From assembly GCA_951406725.2 (NCBI GenBank), contig OX597839.1, positions 24,366,001-24,430,000 on the forward strand: DNA of 64,000 bases, given 5' to 3'. The position numbers and the translations under genes were made by a program. The stretch is from Octopus vulgaris. Lineage: Eukaryota. Below, one piece after another: positions 12,445-25,333 of this stretch. Each line of letters starts with the position of its first letter. The stretch's first letter is position 1. The notes beneath the pieces are model-generated. The model saw nothing but the letters and a program-made list of their open reading frames with translations, was not told the origin of the DNA and did not search any database.

Positions 12445-12822
12445 AGTTAGTTAGTTAATTTGGCTCAAAAGCAAATAGCAAGGCCATGTAGGGGGACATG
12501 GAGTTAAGTACAGGGTGGTGTTCATGTAAAGAGTTCAGGCCACTTGAGGTCAATGGAGGCTTTGAACAAAGCGGTCGTCGGCATCTTCACCATCTCGTCT
12601 GGCAGCTTGTTCCATGGACCCGCAACCTGGACGGAGAAAGCTCCTCTCCTTCGATTGAGATGAAATCGTCGCAGGTAGAGCTTTTTCGGAATGACCCCGC
12701 AGCCGACGCTCTGGAGCAGGAGTGAAGAACAGCTCTTTCGAGAGGTTACATTTTCCGCTTATGATGCTGTGGGCGAGAATAAGATCACCACGGCGGCGGT
12801 GTTTTTCTAGAGAATAAAGGTA
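12445..12822 (-). mobile_element. 5'-truncated CR1-clade LINE 3' end (ORF2 C-terminus remnant, frameshifted) with (AACT)n tail
   Basis: Translates LYSLEKHRRRGDLILAHSIISGK...RLRGH / FSVRVA.PWNKLP...FKASID, the characteristic CR1 ORF2 C-terminal motifs; tail agttagttagtt on the plus strand. Confidence 0.85.
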
Positions 12823-13044
12823 TGTATGTTCTGCCCTGAACAGCACGCCGTGGGATAAAAATATAAAATGCTTTAGTTGAAAAATAGCTAAGGGTTAGTG
12901 ACGGGAAGAGCATCCAACCACGAATAGTAAAGTCCTGTAAGCAATACATCCCTGTCCAATCCATGCCAGCAAGGGAAAACAGACATTCAAACGAATGAAC
13001 GACTGATTCTCCTGTGTAGGAACAGCTATGGCTGTGTGAGGGGC

Positions 13045-13860
13045 TCAGCTGTGACTGTGTGCTAAGAAGCTTGCTTACCAACCACATGGTTCCGGGTTCA
13101 GTCCCACTGTGTGGCACCTTGGACAAGTGTCTTCTCCCATGGCCTTGGGCCAACCAAAACCTCGTGAGTGGGTTTAGTACACAGAAACTGAAAGAAGCCT
13201 TTTACATATGTATATGTGTGTGTGAATTTTTGTGTCCGTGTTTGTATCTCCATCAGTGCTTGACAACCAGTGTCGGTTTGTTTATATCAGCATAACTAAG
13301 CAGTTCAGCAAAAGTGACTGATAAAATAAGTACCAGGCTTTAAAAATTAAAAAAAAAACATTTTTTCAATAAGCACTGGGGTCAATTCTTTTAGCTAAAA
13401 ATTCAAGGCAGTGCTCCAGTGTGGCCGTAGTCGGAAGACTGAAACAAGTAAAAATAAAGACAAAAACTACATGTACATGTATGTAAAAACAAGCATGGCT
13501 GTGTGCTAAGAAGCTTGCTTATGAACCACATGATTCCAGGTTCAGTCCCACTGTGTGGCACCTTGGGCAAGTGTCTTCTACTATAGCCCAAGCCGACCAA
13601 AGCCTTGTGAATGGATCTCATGGACAGAAACTGAAAGAAACCCATCCTATATATACATGTGTGCGTGTGTGTGTGTGTGTGTTTGTGTGTCTGCGTGTGT
13701 ACCCACACCATCACTTGACAACCGATGTTGGTAACTTAGCGGTTCAGCAAAAGAGACTTATAGGATAAGTACTAGGCTTACAAAGAATAAGTCCTGGGGT
13801 CGATTTGTTCAGCTAATGCTGCTCCAGTATGGCCACAGTCAAATGACTGAAACAAAAAGA
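13045..13860 (+). mobile_element. Two diverged SINE family A copies in tandem
   Basis: Heads at ~13045 and ~13493, tails at ~13455 and ~13860. Confidence 0.8.
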
Positions 13861-14276
13861 AAAAACAAAAAAAAGCTGTATAACTGATGTCCGCTTCCTC
13901 TTGTCAGCTGATAGCCATCTCAAGAGATACGTGTACATTATCGACTAAGCATGACCTACACTTACGTACAACAGACAGGCCACTCATGGAACATCCATCG
14001 TTAAATATCTCTTGACAAGTAGAAACAGGATGACAGGAAAACAATTTCCATTGCTGGTCTTACTTACATCGGAGATGGTGATGATGGAGGCTGTCCTCTT
14101 AGACTTCTTCAAATAAAGATACCCACAAATCAACTGGAGTTTGATTCCAGAGTTAGTTTTTTTTTTTATCAGTGATTTTAATGCATGCACAGACAGACAA
14201 GCAAACAGGCAAGCCATTTTTCTCGTCTCCTGTACAGATACATGTTTTCTAACCTGTGTGTGTATATATACATATA

Positions 14277-14583
14277 CACCATCCGAACGTGGCCGATGCC
14301 AGCGCCGCCTTGACTGGCTTCCGTGCCGGTGGCACGTTAAAAGCACCAACTGATCGTGGCCAATGCCAGGCTCCCCTGGCACCTGTGCCGGTGGCATGTA
14401 AAAAGCACCCACTACACTTGCGGAGTGGTTGGCGTTAGGAAGGGCATCCAGCTGTAGAAACACTGCCAGATCAGACTGGGCCTGGTGCAGCTCCTGGCTT
14501 CCCAGACCCCGGTCGAACCATCCAACCTGTGCTAGCGCGGAAAACGGACGTTAAACGATGATGATGAAGATGATGATGATGAT
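14277..14583 (+). mobile_element. SINE family D with 2 structured modules
   Basis: gtgccggtggcacgttaaaagcacc and gtgccggtggcatgtaaaaagcacc modules, ggttggcgttaggaagggcatccagctgtagaaac, (GAT)n tail. Confidence 0.85.
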
Positions 14584-14885
14584 ACACATATATAAGTAAT
14601 AATAATATGATCATGATGATTTTATATATATATTCTGTTGTGTCTGGGGAGAGTAATTTTTTTCTTTTTGTGCCTTACACACCGGTAAAATTTCCACTTT
14701 TTCTTATTTTTACGAAAATTTTAGAATAGAAATAAGAAAAAAGTGGAAATTTTACCGGTGACTGTGTTACATTATAAGGCACAAAAAGAAAATGACTCTC
14801 CCCAGACACAACAGAATATGCTTCAACACACGAACTCATATAAATAACCTTACAAACCAAATCCAAAAACGAAATATATACTCTC

Positions 14886-15268
14886 TTTCTCTCTTTTACT
14901 TGTTTCAGTCATTTGACTGCGGCCATGCTGGAGCACCGCCTTTAGTCGAGCAAATCGACCCCGGGACTTATTCTTTGTAAGCCCAGTACTTATTCTATCG
15001 GTCTCTTTTGCCAAACCGCTAAGTGACGGGGACGTAAACACACCAGCATCGGTTGTCAAGCAATGCTAGGGGGACAAACACAGACACACAAACACACACT
15101 CACATACATATATACGACAGGCTTCTTTCAGTTTCCGTCTACTAAATCCACTCACAAGGCATTGGTCGGCCCAGGGCTATAGCAGAAGACACTTGCCCAA
15201 GATGCCACGCAGTGGGACTGAACCCGGAACCATGTGGTTGGTTAGCAAGCTACTTACCACACAGCCAC
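14886..15268 (-). mobile_element. SINE family A
   Basis: Reverse complement of the family A consensus, slightly 5'-truncated. Confidence 0.9.
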
Positions 15269-15369
15269 TTTGCTATATATATGCACATATATATATATAG
15301 GCGCAGGCATGGCTGTGTGGTAAGAAGCTCACTTTAAGGTGGCTAGTTGTGTGTGTGTGTGTGGCAAAG

Positions 15370-15393
15370 ATTTTGCCAGCTCACCACCCTATT

Positions 15394-15429
<36 letters not shown>

Positions 15430-16100
15430 CCTTTCTGCTGGAGGCACAAGGCCACAAATTTGGCAGGTGGGGACTAGTCGATTACATTGACCCCAGTGTT
15501 TCATTGGTACTTAATTTCTTAACCTTGAAAAGATGAAATGCAAAGTCAACCATGGCAGAATTTGAACTCACAACAAAGATAATGAATATGCTGTAAAGTA
15601 ATTTTCCTAGTGTCCTAATGATTCGGCCAGCCCACCAACTTTATAATAATAATAATAATAATCCTTTCTACTAAAAGCACAAGGTCTGAAATTTTGGGGG
15701 AGGGGAATAGTTGATTACATTGACCCCAGTGTTTCACTGGTACTTAATTTATCGACCCCAAAAGGACAAAAGGCAAAGTTGACCTCGGCAGAGTTTGAAC
15801 TCAGAACATAAGGTCGGACGAAATGCTGTTAACCATTTTGTCCAGCATGCTATCAATTCTGCCACCTCACCACACAAATAACGATAAAGGTTTCAAAGTT
15901 GCCACAAGGGCAGTAATTTTGGAGGGAGGGAATGAGTAGATTGCATTGAACCCAGTACACAACTGGTACATATTTTATCAAGCCTGAAAAGATTTAAGGT
16001 GAAGTCAACCCCAGTGGAATTAGAACTGAGAATGTAGCAGCAGACGAAATATTGCTAAGCCTTTTGTCCGATGTGCTAACAATTCTGCCAGCTCGCCACC

Positions 16101-16102
<2 letters not shown>
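15370..16102 (-). mobile_element. Chain of three SINE family B copies plus a fragment, mostly separated by (AAT)n
   Basis: Three repeats of gaccccagtg...aaggcaaagtcaacc...tttgaactca...gccagctcgccacctt. Confidence 0.85.
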
Positions 16103-16146
<44 letters not shown>

Positions 16147-16147
<1 letters not shown>

Positions 16148-16661
16148 TAGCAGTATCGCACGGCGTTGCTCGGGTTTGTAAGGGAAATAACTATATAAGC
16201 ATTTTTAGAGAGTTACTCCCTTATAGATGCCAATTCGGGCTTTCTTAGCCATTTCTGTTTTGGTGTCTTCAAGCCATGAAGTCGTCGTTCTAAAAGAACG
16301 CTGGTCTCCTTGACAACGCTTTACGACGTTGGTTTCCTTACACTCCCTTCCCCACAGCTTCACGAGGGAGGGAAGAAGGGGGAGAAGCAAACACAGGTGC
16401 AGGTGTGACCGTGGACGCCAACTCCGCCGCCATCGACACACGAAAAATTATGCATTAAAATGGAATAAAAAAAATGATGTTAAATTATTTTTAAAATCGT
16501 AGACTCATCGTAGACGCGCGCTAATACTCAGACGGGCTCGATATGAATCACGACTATAAGATACCCGAATTTGGTTAACTGCACCGCAAAATGTGGGAGT
16601 AGTTAGGAATCTAAATCGAAGGGGACAGACACTCACACAACTACAGTTTTATATATATAGA
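16147..16661 (-). mobile_element. Non-autonomous Helitron (~515 bp)
   Basis: Minus strand begins A|TCTATATATATAAAA, ends with hairpin cccgagcaacgccgtg then CTAG|T; no TSD; inserted in (AAT)n. Confidence 0.85.
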
Positions 16662-17759
16662 TAATAATAACAATGGATCACTTCTCTGTTGTGGTGCAGG
16701 TGTGTAATGTTTAGCACCATTTCTGTCGAAACCCTACATCTAATTTTACCGCTTCATTGTGTAAGTATGGTAACATGGGGTTTCTCTAAGAATCTACCAT
16801 TAACAAGCCAGTGAGGAACCAGGGTTCTAATTGATGGCCATATTGATTGGTTAATGTTGGTTATTTGTGGAGATCTTTGAGGAAAGGTTATTGTTGTGAC
16901 ATCAATGCAAGACCGCTGCATGGACATTGAGAGAAGGTGTGGAAAGGTCAATCATGCTGAAGCTGAAGAAGACAGGAGGCAGAGCAGAACCTTGCAGCAC
17001 TCTCCTCTCTGAGAAGCCATTGACAGTTTGTGCTGCTCTATTTCACATGAAATATGAAGGAAAGGGGAAATGGGAATGAGAGAGAGAGAGAGAGAGGAAA
17101 TGGAAGAAGTGGGGGGGTAGAGGGACAATAGAAAGTGGTCTGGATTGGAAGAGGAGGAGAGGGAGAAAGAGCAAGGAGGAGAGGAAGGTGTATTTATTAC
17201 ACAAGACAGGGAGAGAAAAATAGGGGGGGGGGAGAAACGGGGGGGGGGGGTAGTTTATGTGTATAAAAGGGAAGAGTGTATGTGTAATGTGAATGGAATA
17301 AGGAGGAAGGAGGGGAAAAGGGTGAAGCTAAACAGGATGAGAAGGGGGAGAGTAGGGGCTGAAATGGTAGTGGTTTGGGGGGGGGGAGATAAAAAGGGAA
17401 GTAGCTAGGAATGATAAGAGGATAATAGAAGAGAAGGTGAGAGAGATGGGGAAAAATAGCAGGTTAGAGAGAGAGAGAGAGGGTGAGTATGTGGTCCAGA
17501 GAGAGAGAAGGGGGGTATGTGGTCCAGAGAGAGAGAGAAGCAGTGTGAGTAAGAGCTAGAGAAAGAGAGGGGGAGGAGTGTGATTGAGAAAGACAGAAGA
17601 TAAGAGTGGTAGAGGGGAGAGGGGTGAGAGCTAATGAGGAGGGAGCAGTAATGTAATTGAGAGAGAGAGAGACGGGGTTGGGGGGGGGTATTTGATTGTA
17701 TAAGAGATTGAAGGGGAAACAGTATGGAAGGAAGATAGGATGAGATAAGTAGTCTTTAT

Positions 17760-18400
<641 letters not shown>

Positions 18401-18895
18401 GACCAGGAACAGAGAAGGAGAAGAGTTCATAATTGAACATGACATCCCCGAGTACTGCAGCTGCTCCGAGAAGGGTCAGAGAAGACAAGAGGTCTCTAGT
18501 TCACTTCTAATCCAGATGCCAACCACTGACGCCACCACCACCACGATTACCACTACCACCGCTGCCGCCACTAACACTGCCATCGCAGGCGGTTGCTGCT
18601 GCTGCTGCTGCCGCCTTACAATGAAAGGTAGATGCTGGAAGAGAAGAAAGTGTGTGTGTGTGTGTGTGTGATAGTTAAAGCCTGATTAGATTCAATATCA
18701 AAATGACTCTCTTGGTGTTTGCTGACTTGGAAACCTGATTGAGCAAGTATGTTTGATGGTGGTGGTGGTGTTGAAGGTATGATGTTGGCGTTGGTGGTAT
18801 CAAGACGGTGGTGGTGGTGGTGTGTTAGAGCATGGAACTGGTTGATGAGAGGGAGTGAGCATCAATAGATTGACAGCAATATCGTGTATCTGTGC

Positions 18896-19219
18896 TTAGT
18901 GATGTGTTTGTGTGAGTTTGTTTGTGTGTGCGTGTTTAGTGATATGTGTGTGTGTGTGTGTGTCGGTTTAGTGATGTGTGTGTTTAATTTTGTTTGTGTG
19001 TGCATGTTTAGTGATTTGTGTGTGTGTGTCGGTTTAGTGATGTGTATGTGTAATTTTGTGTCTGTGTGTGTGTTTAGTGATGTGTGTGTGTGTGTGTGTG
19101 TGTTTATAATTTTGTGTGTGTGTTTAGTGATGTGCATGTGTGTGTGTAATTTTGTGTCTCTGTGTGTGTTTAGTGATGTGTGTGTGTGTGTAATTTTTTG
19201 TCTGTGTGTGTGTTTAGTG

Positions 19220-19251
<32 letters not shown>

Positions 19252-19458
19252 ATGTATTTAGTGATGTGTGTGTGTGTGTGTGTTTAATTGTGTCCGTGTG
19301 TGTATGTTTAGATGTGTGCATGTTTAGTGATGTGTGTGTGTGCATGTATTTAGTGATGTGTGTGTGTATGTGTTTAGTGATGTGTGTGTGTATGTGTTTA
19401 GTGATGTGTGTGTGTATGTGTTTAGTGATGTGTGTGTGTATGTGTTTAGTGATGTGTG
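18896..19458. repeat. Minisatellite of TTTAGTGA(TG)n units, homogenised to a 24-bp unit at ~19350-19456
   Basis: tttagtgatgtgtgtgtgtatgtg repeated. Confidence 0.9.
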
Positions 19459-19743
19459 CCTCTGGAAAGTAACAGCAGTGACACCAATGCTAGTCATGTA
19501 TGGAGAGCGAGAGAGAGAGGGAGAAAGATAGAAGGAGCAGCTAACAGCCGTTGGGTGCTGGCAAATTTGAAGGATAGGAGAGCAGTTCATTGAGTCATCT
19601 TTAAACAACAAGATGACAGCCAAACCAATAAACAAATAAACCCATTTAGGTTTGTAGGGATGCATGTGTGTGCGCCTTACCACCGTGTGCACATGCAACT
19701 GTGTGTATGCGCATATGTGCAATTAGTGTGTGCGTGTGTTTGC

Positions 19744-19774
<31 letters not shown>

Positions 19775-20394
19775 CGCCTTTGTCGAGCGCCTTGTGTCTT
19801 TGTCTCTTCCTTTTCTTTGGGTTTTGTTTTCAAGACAAACATTAAACTCAAGTCTCGCTTTCCCCGTCTTTCGCCCTAAACTGTGCAATTAATGATGGCG
19901 CGACAGACAAAAAGTAAGGGGGGGGGTAAAAAAAAAGACAAAAAAAAAACAAAAATAAAAATGTTGCAACACCGCCTCCAAGGTTCATCTGATTTAATGG
20001 TGGTGGTGGTGGTCGGGGGGGGGTTAGATTCTCGAGATGCAATGATGGTCGGATGTAAAGATATAAAAAGAAGAAGCTTTTGGTTCTGATGTTGATGTCA
20101 GGAGCTTGTTAAATAAAAAGAAATGAGGAAGTTTTATGTATTCTGCTCACGGGATTCATGACTGACCCCTCTCTTCTCTTCACATAGACACCCCCCCCGT
20201 CACCACCCCCCCGGGTCCCCACCCCTCTCCCCTTTTCTTTTTCCTTCTCCTCCTTTTTTTGGGGTTCCTTTTGCTGCTGTGACTCACACAGACCTCACAG
20301 ACTTTGAGCTTTTTCTCTGAGTCATGAAAGCTCAATGGCATCATAGTTCTGGGAGACATCTCACTCTCTCTCTCACACACACACACACGTTTAC

Positions 20395-20822
20395 CATCAC
20401 ACACACACACACACACACATTCATCATCTTAGAATTATACACATACACAATCAACACCATCACACACACACAGTCACATACATAGGACACGGACACACAC
20501 ACACACACGCGCATGTCCATCATACACACATACAAATTTACAGCACGATACACACACACCTTTTTTACCCCCATCCAGTATATACACACACACACTTAAC
20601 CATCACACATACACACATTCATCATCTTAGAATTATACACATACACAATCAACACCATCACACACACACACACAACCACCAGCATCTATCAGATACACAC
20701 ACACATGTCCATCATACACACATACAAATTTACAGCACCATACACACACACCTTTTTTACCCCCATCCAGTATATACACACACACACACACACACACACT
20801 TAACCATCACACATACACACAC
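20395..20822. repeat. ~200-bp tandem duplication of CA-rich sequence
   Basis: cacattcatcatcttagaattatacac...ccttttttacccccatccagtatatac...ttaaccatcacac occurs twice. Confidence 0.85.
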
Positions 20823-21295
20823 AAAATGTTATTTCCTTGTACATGGCCCCACCTCTTGCTTTACGTGACCAAGATAGGATTGTATTCTGTCAGTGATATC
20901 ATTACCTTTATTAATATTATTATTATTGTTGTTGTTGTTGTGTACATCAGCAGTGTGAACTAAATGTATGGCGGCAGGCGAGGCAGCAGCATAAATAAAA
21001 ATTAGATACAAATAAATAAATTTGGAAAAAGAAAACCCAGAGATGGCACCAGGCTATGGTGACAAAAGGAAGATTTATGGTAAAATTACCATAAAGGTTT
21101 ATAAGGAGAGTTGAAAGCAGGATGAGGGGAGAGAAAGAGGAGAGCAAGAGGGAGAGAGACAGAGACAGACAGATGAGCTAACACAAGGCTACATACAGAA
21201 CAGGTCCATGTTTACACACACACATACACACACATATATATATACACAAACACGCACACACATATACACAAACACACACACACACATATACACAA

Positions 21296-21326
<31 letters not shown>

Positions 21327-21486
21327 AACACACAAACACACATATATACGCAAACATACAGATATATATATATATATATCAGATTTATATATGTAAATAT
21401 AATGCATTCAGATAAAGGTTTACATTTAAATATATATATACGTGCATGTGTATATACATACACGTGTGTGTGATTATATATATATA

Positions 21487-21532
<46 letters not shown>

Positions 21533-21847
21533 AATAGAGAGAGGGGGTGGGGAGGTATATGACAGCATTGTATAAGGCACCTATCTAAATGCATCAACAA
21601 ACCCCCATTTGATATGAAACATCTCTTGGGCTAATGGACACACACAACAAACAGACCGGCACGCAGCATCCCCAGAGAAACGGGTGTGCGTGCGCTGGTG
21701 CGTGTCTACTCCAGGTGAGAGATGAAGTGAACGTGTTAATTATTACCTTTCAACACACAACAGCCTCATGTCATATATACATACATATATCTATATATAA
21801 ATACACACATACACACACATATATAAATATACATATTATATATATAT

Positions 21848-21878
<31 letters not shown>

Positions 21879-21992
21879 TATATAGCTATATAAATATATA
21901 GATATACACGCACACATATATATACCTATACATACATACATATTACATACATATATATACATATGATGATGATGATGATATATATATATATG

Positions 21993-22029
<37 letters not shown>

Positions 22030-22032
22030 TAC

Positions 22033-22245
22033 ACATGATTGGGTACTGAAAAGTCCCTGGCTTTAAAGGTATTGCAAAGGGCCTGGGTGGAAGCCTAAAC
22101 TTTCCAAGTTCTTGTTACGGGACTTAGAAAAACTGAAGGACCATTGCAATAACTGTGTGAATCTGAGAGGGGAACATGTTGAATAAAATCATAATTAACT
22201 GGTCCTCCTGCATTTTCTTTTACCCCAAACCAGGAACTTTCAAGT
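22033..22245. mobile_element. Degenerate Tc1/mariner-type MITE
   Basis: Ends ggtactgaaaagtccctggcttt / aaaccaggaactttcaagt; reverse-complement homologue of 36408-36616. Confidence 0.6.
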
Positions 22246-22284
22246 GTGTGTGTGTGTGTATGCACATATACACACACACAACCG

Positions 22285-22480
22285 TCATCATCATCATTTA
22301 ACGTCAGTTTTACATGCTGGCATGGGTTGGAGAATACAAGAGGAGCCAGTAAGCCGAAGAGCTGCACCAAGCTCTTGTTGTCCTGTCGTGGCTTGGTTTC
22401 TACAGCTGGGTGTCCTTCCTAATGCCAACCACTTCAGAGAGAGGACCGAGTGCTTTTCATGTGGCACCAACAGGGTCACT
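22285..22480 (-). mobile_element. SINE family D, degenerate
   Basis: (CAT)n tail, catgctggcatgggttgg, ctacagctgggtgtccttcctaatgccaacc. Confidence 0.7.
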
Positions 22481-22999
22481 GAGTACCTTGTGAGACAAAA
22501 GAAACACAAAAAAAAGGCAAAGACCTTCTCAAGCAGGTGGGGATGGCTTTGTGCCGTTTGAAGATTATAGAGGGATAGATAGGGATCTTGCTGTAGGTTC
22601 ATGGATAATCCAGTTGGAAATGATAGGAGAGTCAGTTAGAGAGTAAAATAAAGGGAGCGATATGGCAAAGATGTGTTGGGACATGCCCTTGAGGGACTCT
22701 GGGAGTAGTCAAAACAGGGGAAGTGATACAGAGGTTTGGACTGGGTGAACAGGCAGGATAAATGTGGCTGTAGCAAATGACAGAGAGACCGGTAGAAGAA
22801 GCTCAAAGGCAGGAGGGCATCGAGGGTGACGGCAGATAAGCGAGGTAGGGAACAGCACGAAGGGCGGTGTGGAGAGATGGTGCAGAATGGAAGGGTTTGG
22901 TAGAAACAGTAGGCAAGGGAAGGTGTTGGGGGGGGAGGGCACTAATTTCCAAGCAGCTGAGCTACCAGCAGTGTCTGAACAAGGATACCACCTCCAGTT

Positions 23000-24030
23000 G
23001 ATAACTTATTCACTCATTCCCTAGGGTTTTACATGTAATTCGAAGGGCCAGCCTTGTCACATTGTATCAACGCTGAGTCTCCCTGAGAACTACATTAACG
23101 GCATGCATGCCTGTGGTGTACTCAGCCACTTGCATGTTAATTTCATGAGCAGGCTGTTCTGTTGATCGAGTCAAGTAGAACCCTCATCACAACCGTTGAA
23201 GTGCCAGGTTTTGTGAAGGTGTATGGTTAAGGTGTTCAGCTCACAATCATAAGGTTTTGAGTTCGATACCTGACATGGGTTGTGTCCTTGAGCAAGACAC
23301 TTTATTTCGCTTTATTGCTCCAGTCCACTCAACTGGCAAAAATGAGTTGTACCAGTAATCCCAAAGGGGCCAGCCTTGTCACTTTCAGTGTCATGCTGAA
23401 TCTCCCTAAGAGCTATGTTAAGAGTGTGGATGTCTGTGGAGTACTCAGCCACTTGCAAATTCATTTCACAAGCAGGCTCTTCCATTGATCATATAACTGA
23501 TGGAGTTACCAAAGGCACCTGGCTTAGTGGTCAAGGCCATGAGTTCAGCTCCTGGCAGTGGGTTGTGTCCTTGAGCAAGACACTTTATTTCACTTTATTG
23601 CTCCAGTCCACTCAGCTGGCAAAAATGAGTCATACTTGTAATTCAAAGGGGACCAGCCTTGTCACATTCTGTGTCAGGCTGAATCTCCCTGAGAACTACA
23701 TTAAGGGTATACATGTCTGTAGAAACGTTAGCACGCCGGGCGAAATGCTTAGCGGTATTTCGTCTGCGTTACGTTGTGAGTTCAAATTCCGCCGAGGTCG
23801 ACTTTGCCTTTCATCCTTTCTGAGTCGATAAATTAAGTACCAGTTACGCACTGGGGTCGATGTAATCGACTTAATACCTATGTCTGTCCTTGTTTGTCCC
23901 CTCTGTGTTTAGCCCCTTGTGGGTAATAAAGAAATAGGTATACATGTCTGTGGAGTACTCAGCCACTTGCATGTTAATTTCAAGAGCAGGCTGTTCTGTC
24001 AGTTGGATCAACCGGAATGCTTGTCATTAG
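23000..24030 (+). mobile_element. Chain of three CORE-type SINEs (second tail subtype)
   Basis: gtgtccttgagcaagacactttatttc CORE-like block twice; tail ggccagccttgtcacatt...ctcagccacttgcatgttaatttc three times. Confidence 0.8.
23721..23936 (+). mobile_element. Young SINE family B nested in a CORE-SINE, 15-bp TSD
   Basis: ggtatacatgtctgt at 23706-23720 and 23937-23951. Confidence 0.9.
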
Positions 24031-24679
24031 TAACATCAGAATGCTAGTACAATGTAATTAAATCATTATATCCATTAATCAAACAGAACACCCCCCCCCC
24101 CCCCAATATATTCATTACCATCAATAGCATCACAGCCATTATTGACATCTCATAGTTAGCACCACCACCACCACCACTACAACTATTACTAACAGTACCA
24201 CCGTAACTATTTCCACCACCACAATTATTACTAAAACCACCACCAACAACAACAACATAAGTTAGTACTATTGCATCATTTACAGCTATCACACCACCAG
24301 CTCCACCACCACATCACAGCCACCAACATGCCCACCACCACCACCATCAACAGTATCCCCACCATCACATCCACTCCATCATCATTGTTGCCACCACCAC
24401 ACATCAACATAACCACCATTGTGGTGGTTATGTTGAAGGCAACACCAAACAATTTACCCTAAAATCCAATTTCTCTAGCATTACAGGCAGATGTGGTATC
24501 ATTGCATAGGTGCCAATGTAACAATGTGTCAATGTGCCAATGACACAATTTGCCAATGTGCCAATGTCACCATATGACAATGTGTTAAGTGCCAATGTGC
24601 CACCACCCTCTCTGAATTGATGCAACTATTTTAGGTGAAGATATTGAGGAAAAGACAATAAAAACAAAGTGGGAATGAA

Positions 24680-24880
24680 TTGACCGCTAGAAATAGCAGT
24701 CAAATCTCACAAGAATCACACGCAATAGTCTAATTAATTAAATGTAGGAAGAACACACTGTGTACTGTAGTCCCAGATACACTGTGACTGAAAAAATAAA
24801 GTACAATGAAATGGTTATATAACTGAAAAGGCCCCGGGATCACAAGTCAGCTTGATCAGTATAGACCTGGGGCTAAACAA
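24680..24880 (+). repeat. Old dispersed repeat (gctagaaatagcag...gacctggggctaaac family)
   Basis: Related degenerate copies at ~48880-49045, ~50030-50170 and ~63240-63330 (minus). Confidence 0.5.
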
Positions 24881-25333
24881 TAAGATCACAGCTGCTGCCA
24901 CCACCACCGTCCCCATCCCCATCCTCCTACTCATCATCATCATCTTCATCCTCAGTGGGTGGGTGTTATCTAGAGAACCCATCAGCTGTGTGTTTTAAAC
25001 CAAACAGGTTCTGTAGAGGGAAAATTTAATAACAAAACAACTTCCTGCAATTAAAAACCCGTTTACACAATTAAATAGATTGACACAGCTACACTGATGA
25101 GGCAGCAGCAGCAGCAACAACAACATCATTATGAACATTTTTCCCTAATAATAACAACAAAAATTACAGCAATTTTAGAAACCAATAATATATACAGGAC
25201 AATAATAAACTGTGATTTCAGTTTTATGGCTGCAAGCATTTTCCAATTATTGTCAAATAGTATTATTATAATATTATATAGTGTTGTTGTTGTTGTCGTT
25301 GTCATTATTATTATTATTAGTATTATTATTTAA

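Noticed and set aside
12498-12846. ORFs over the LINE fragments (also 37972-38157)
   Set aside because: Frameshifted, 5'-truncated CR1 ORF2 remnants or their antisense; reported as mobile elements, not CDS.
17100-17700. G-quadruplex/triplex-prone purine tracts (also 12010-12100 and 40320-40900)
   Set aside because: Expected by-product of low-complexity sequence that is ubiquitous here; no specific evidence of function.
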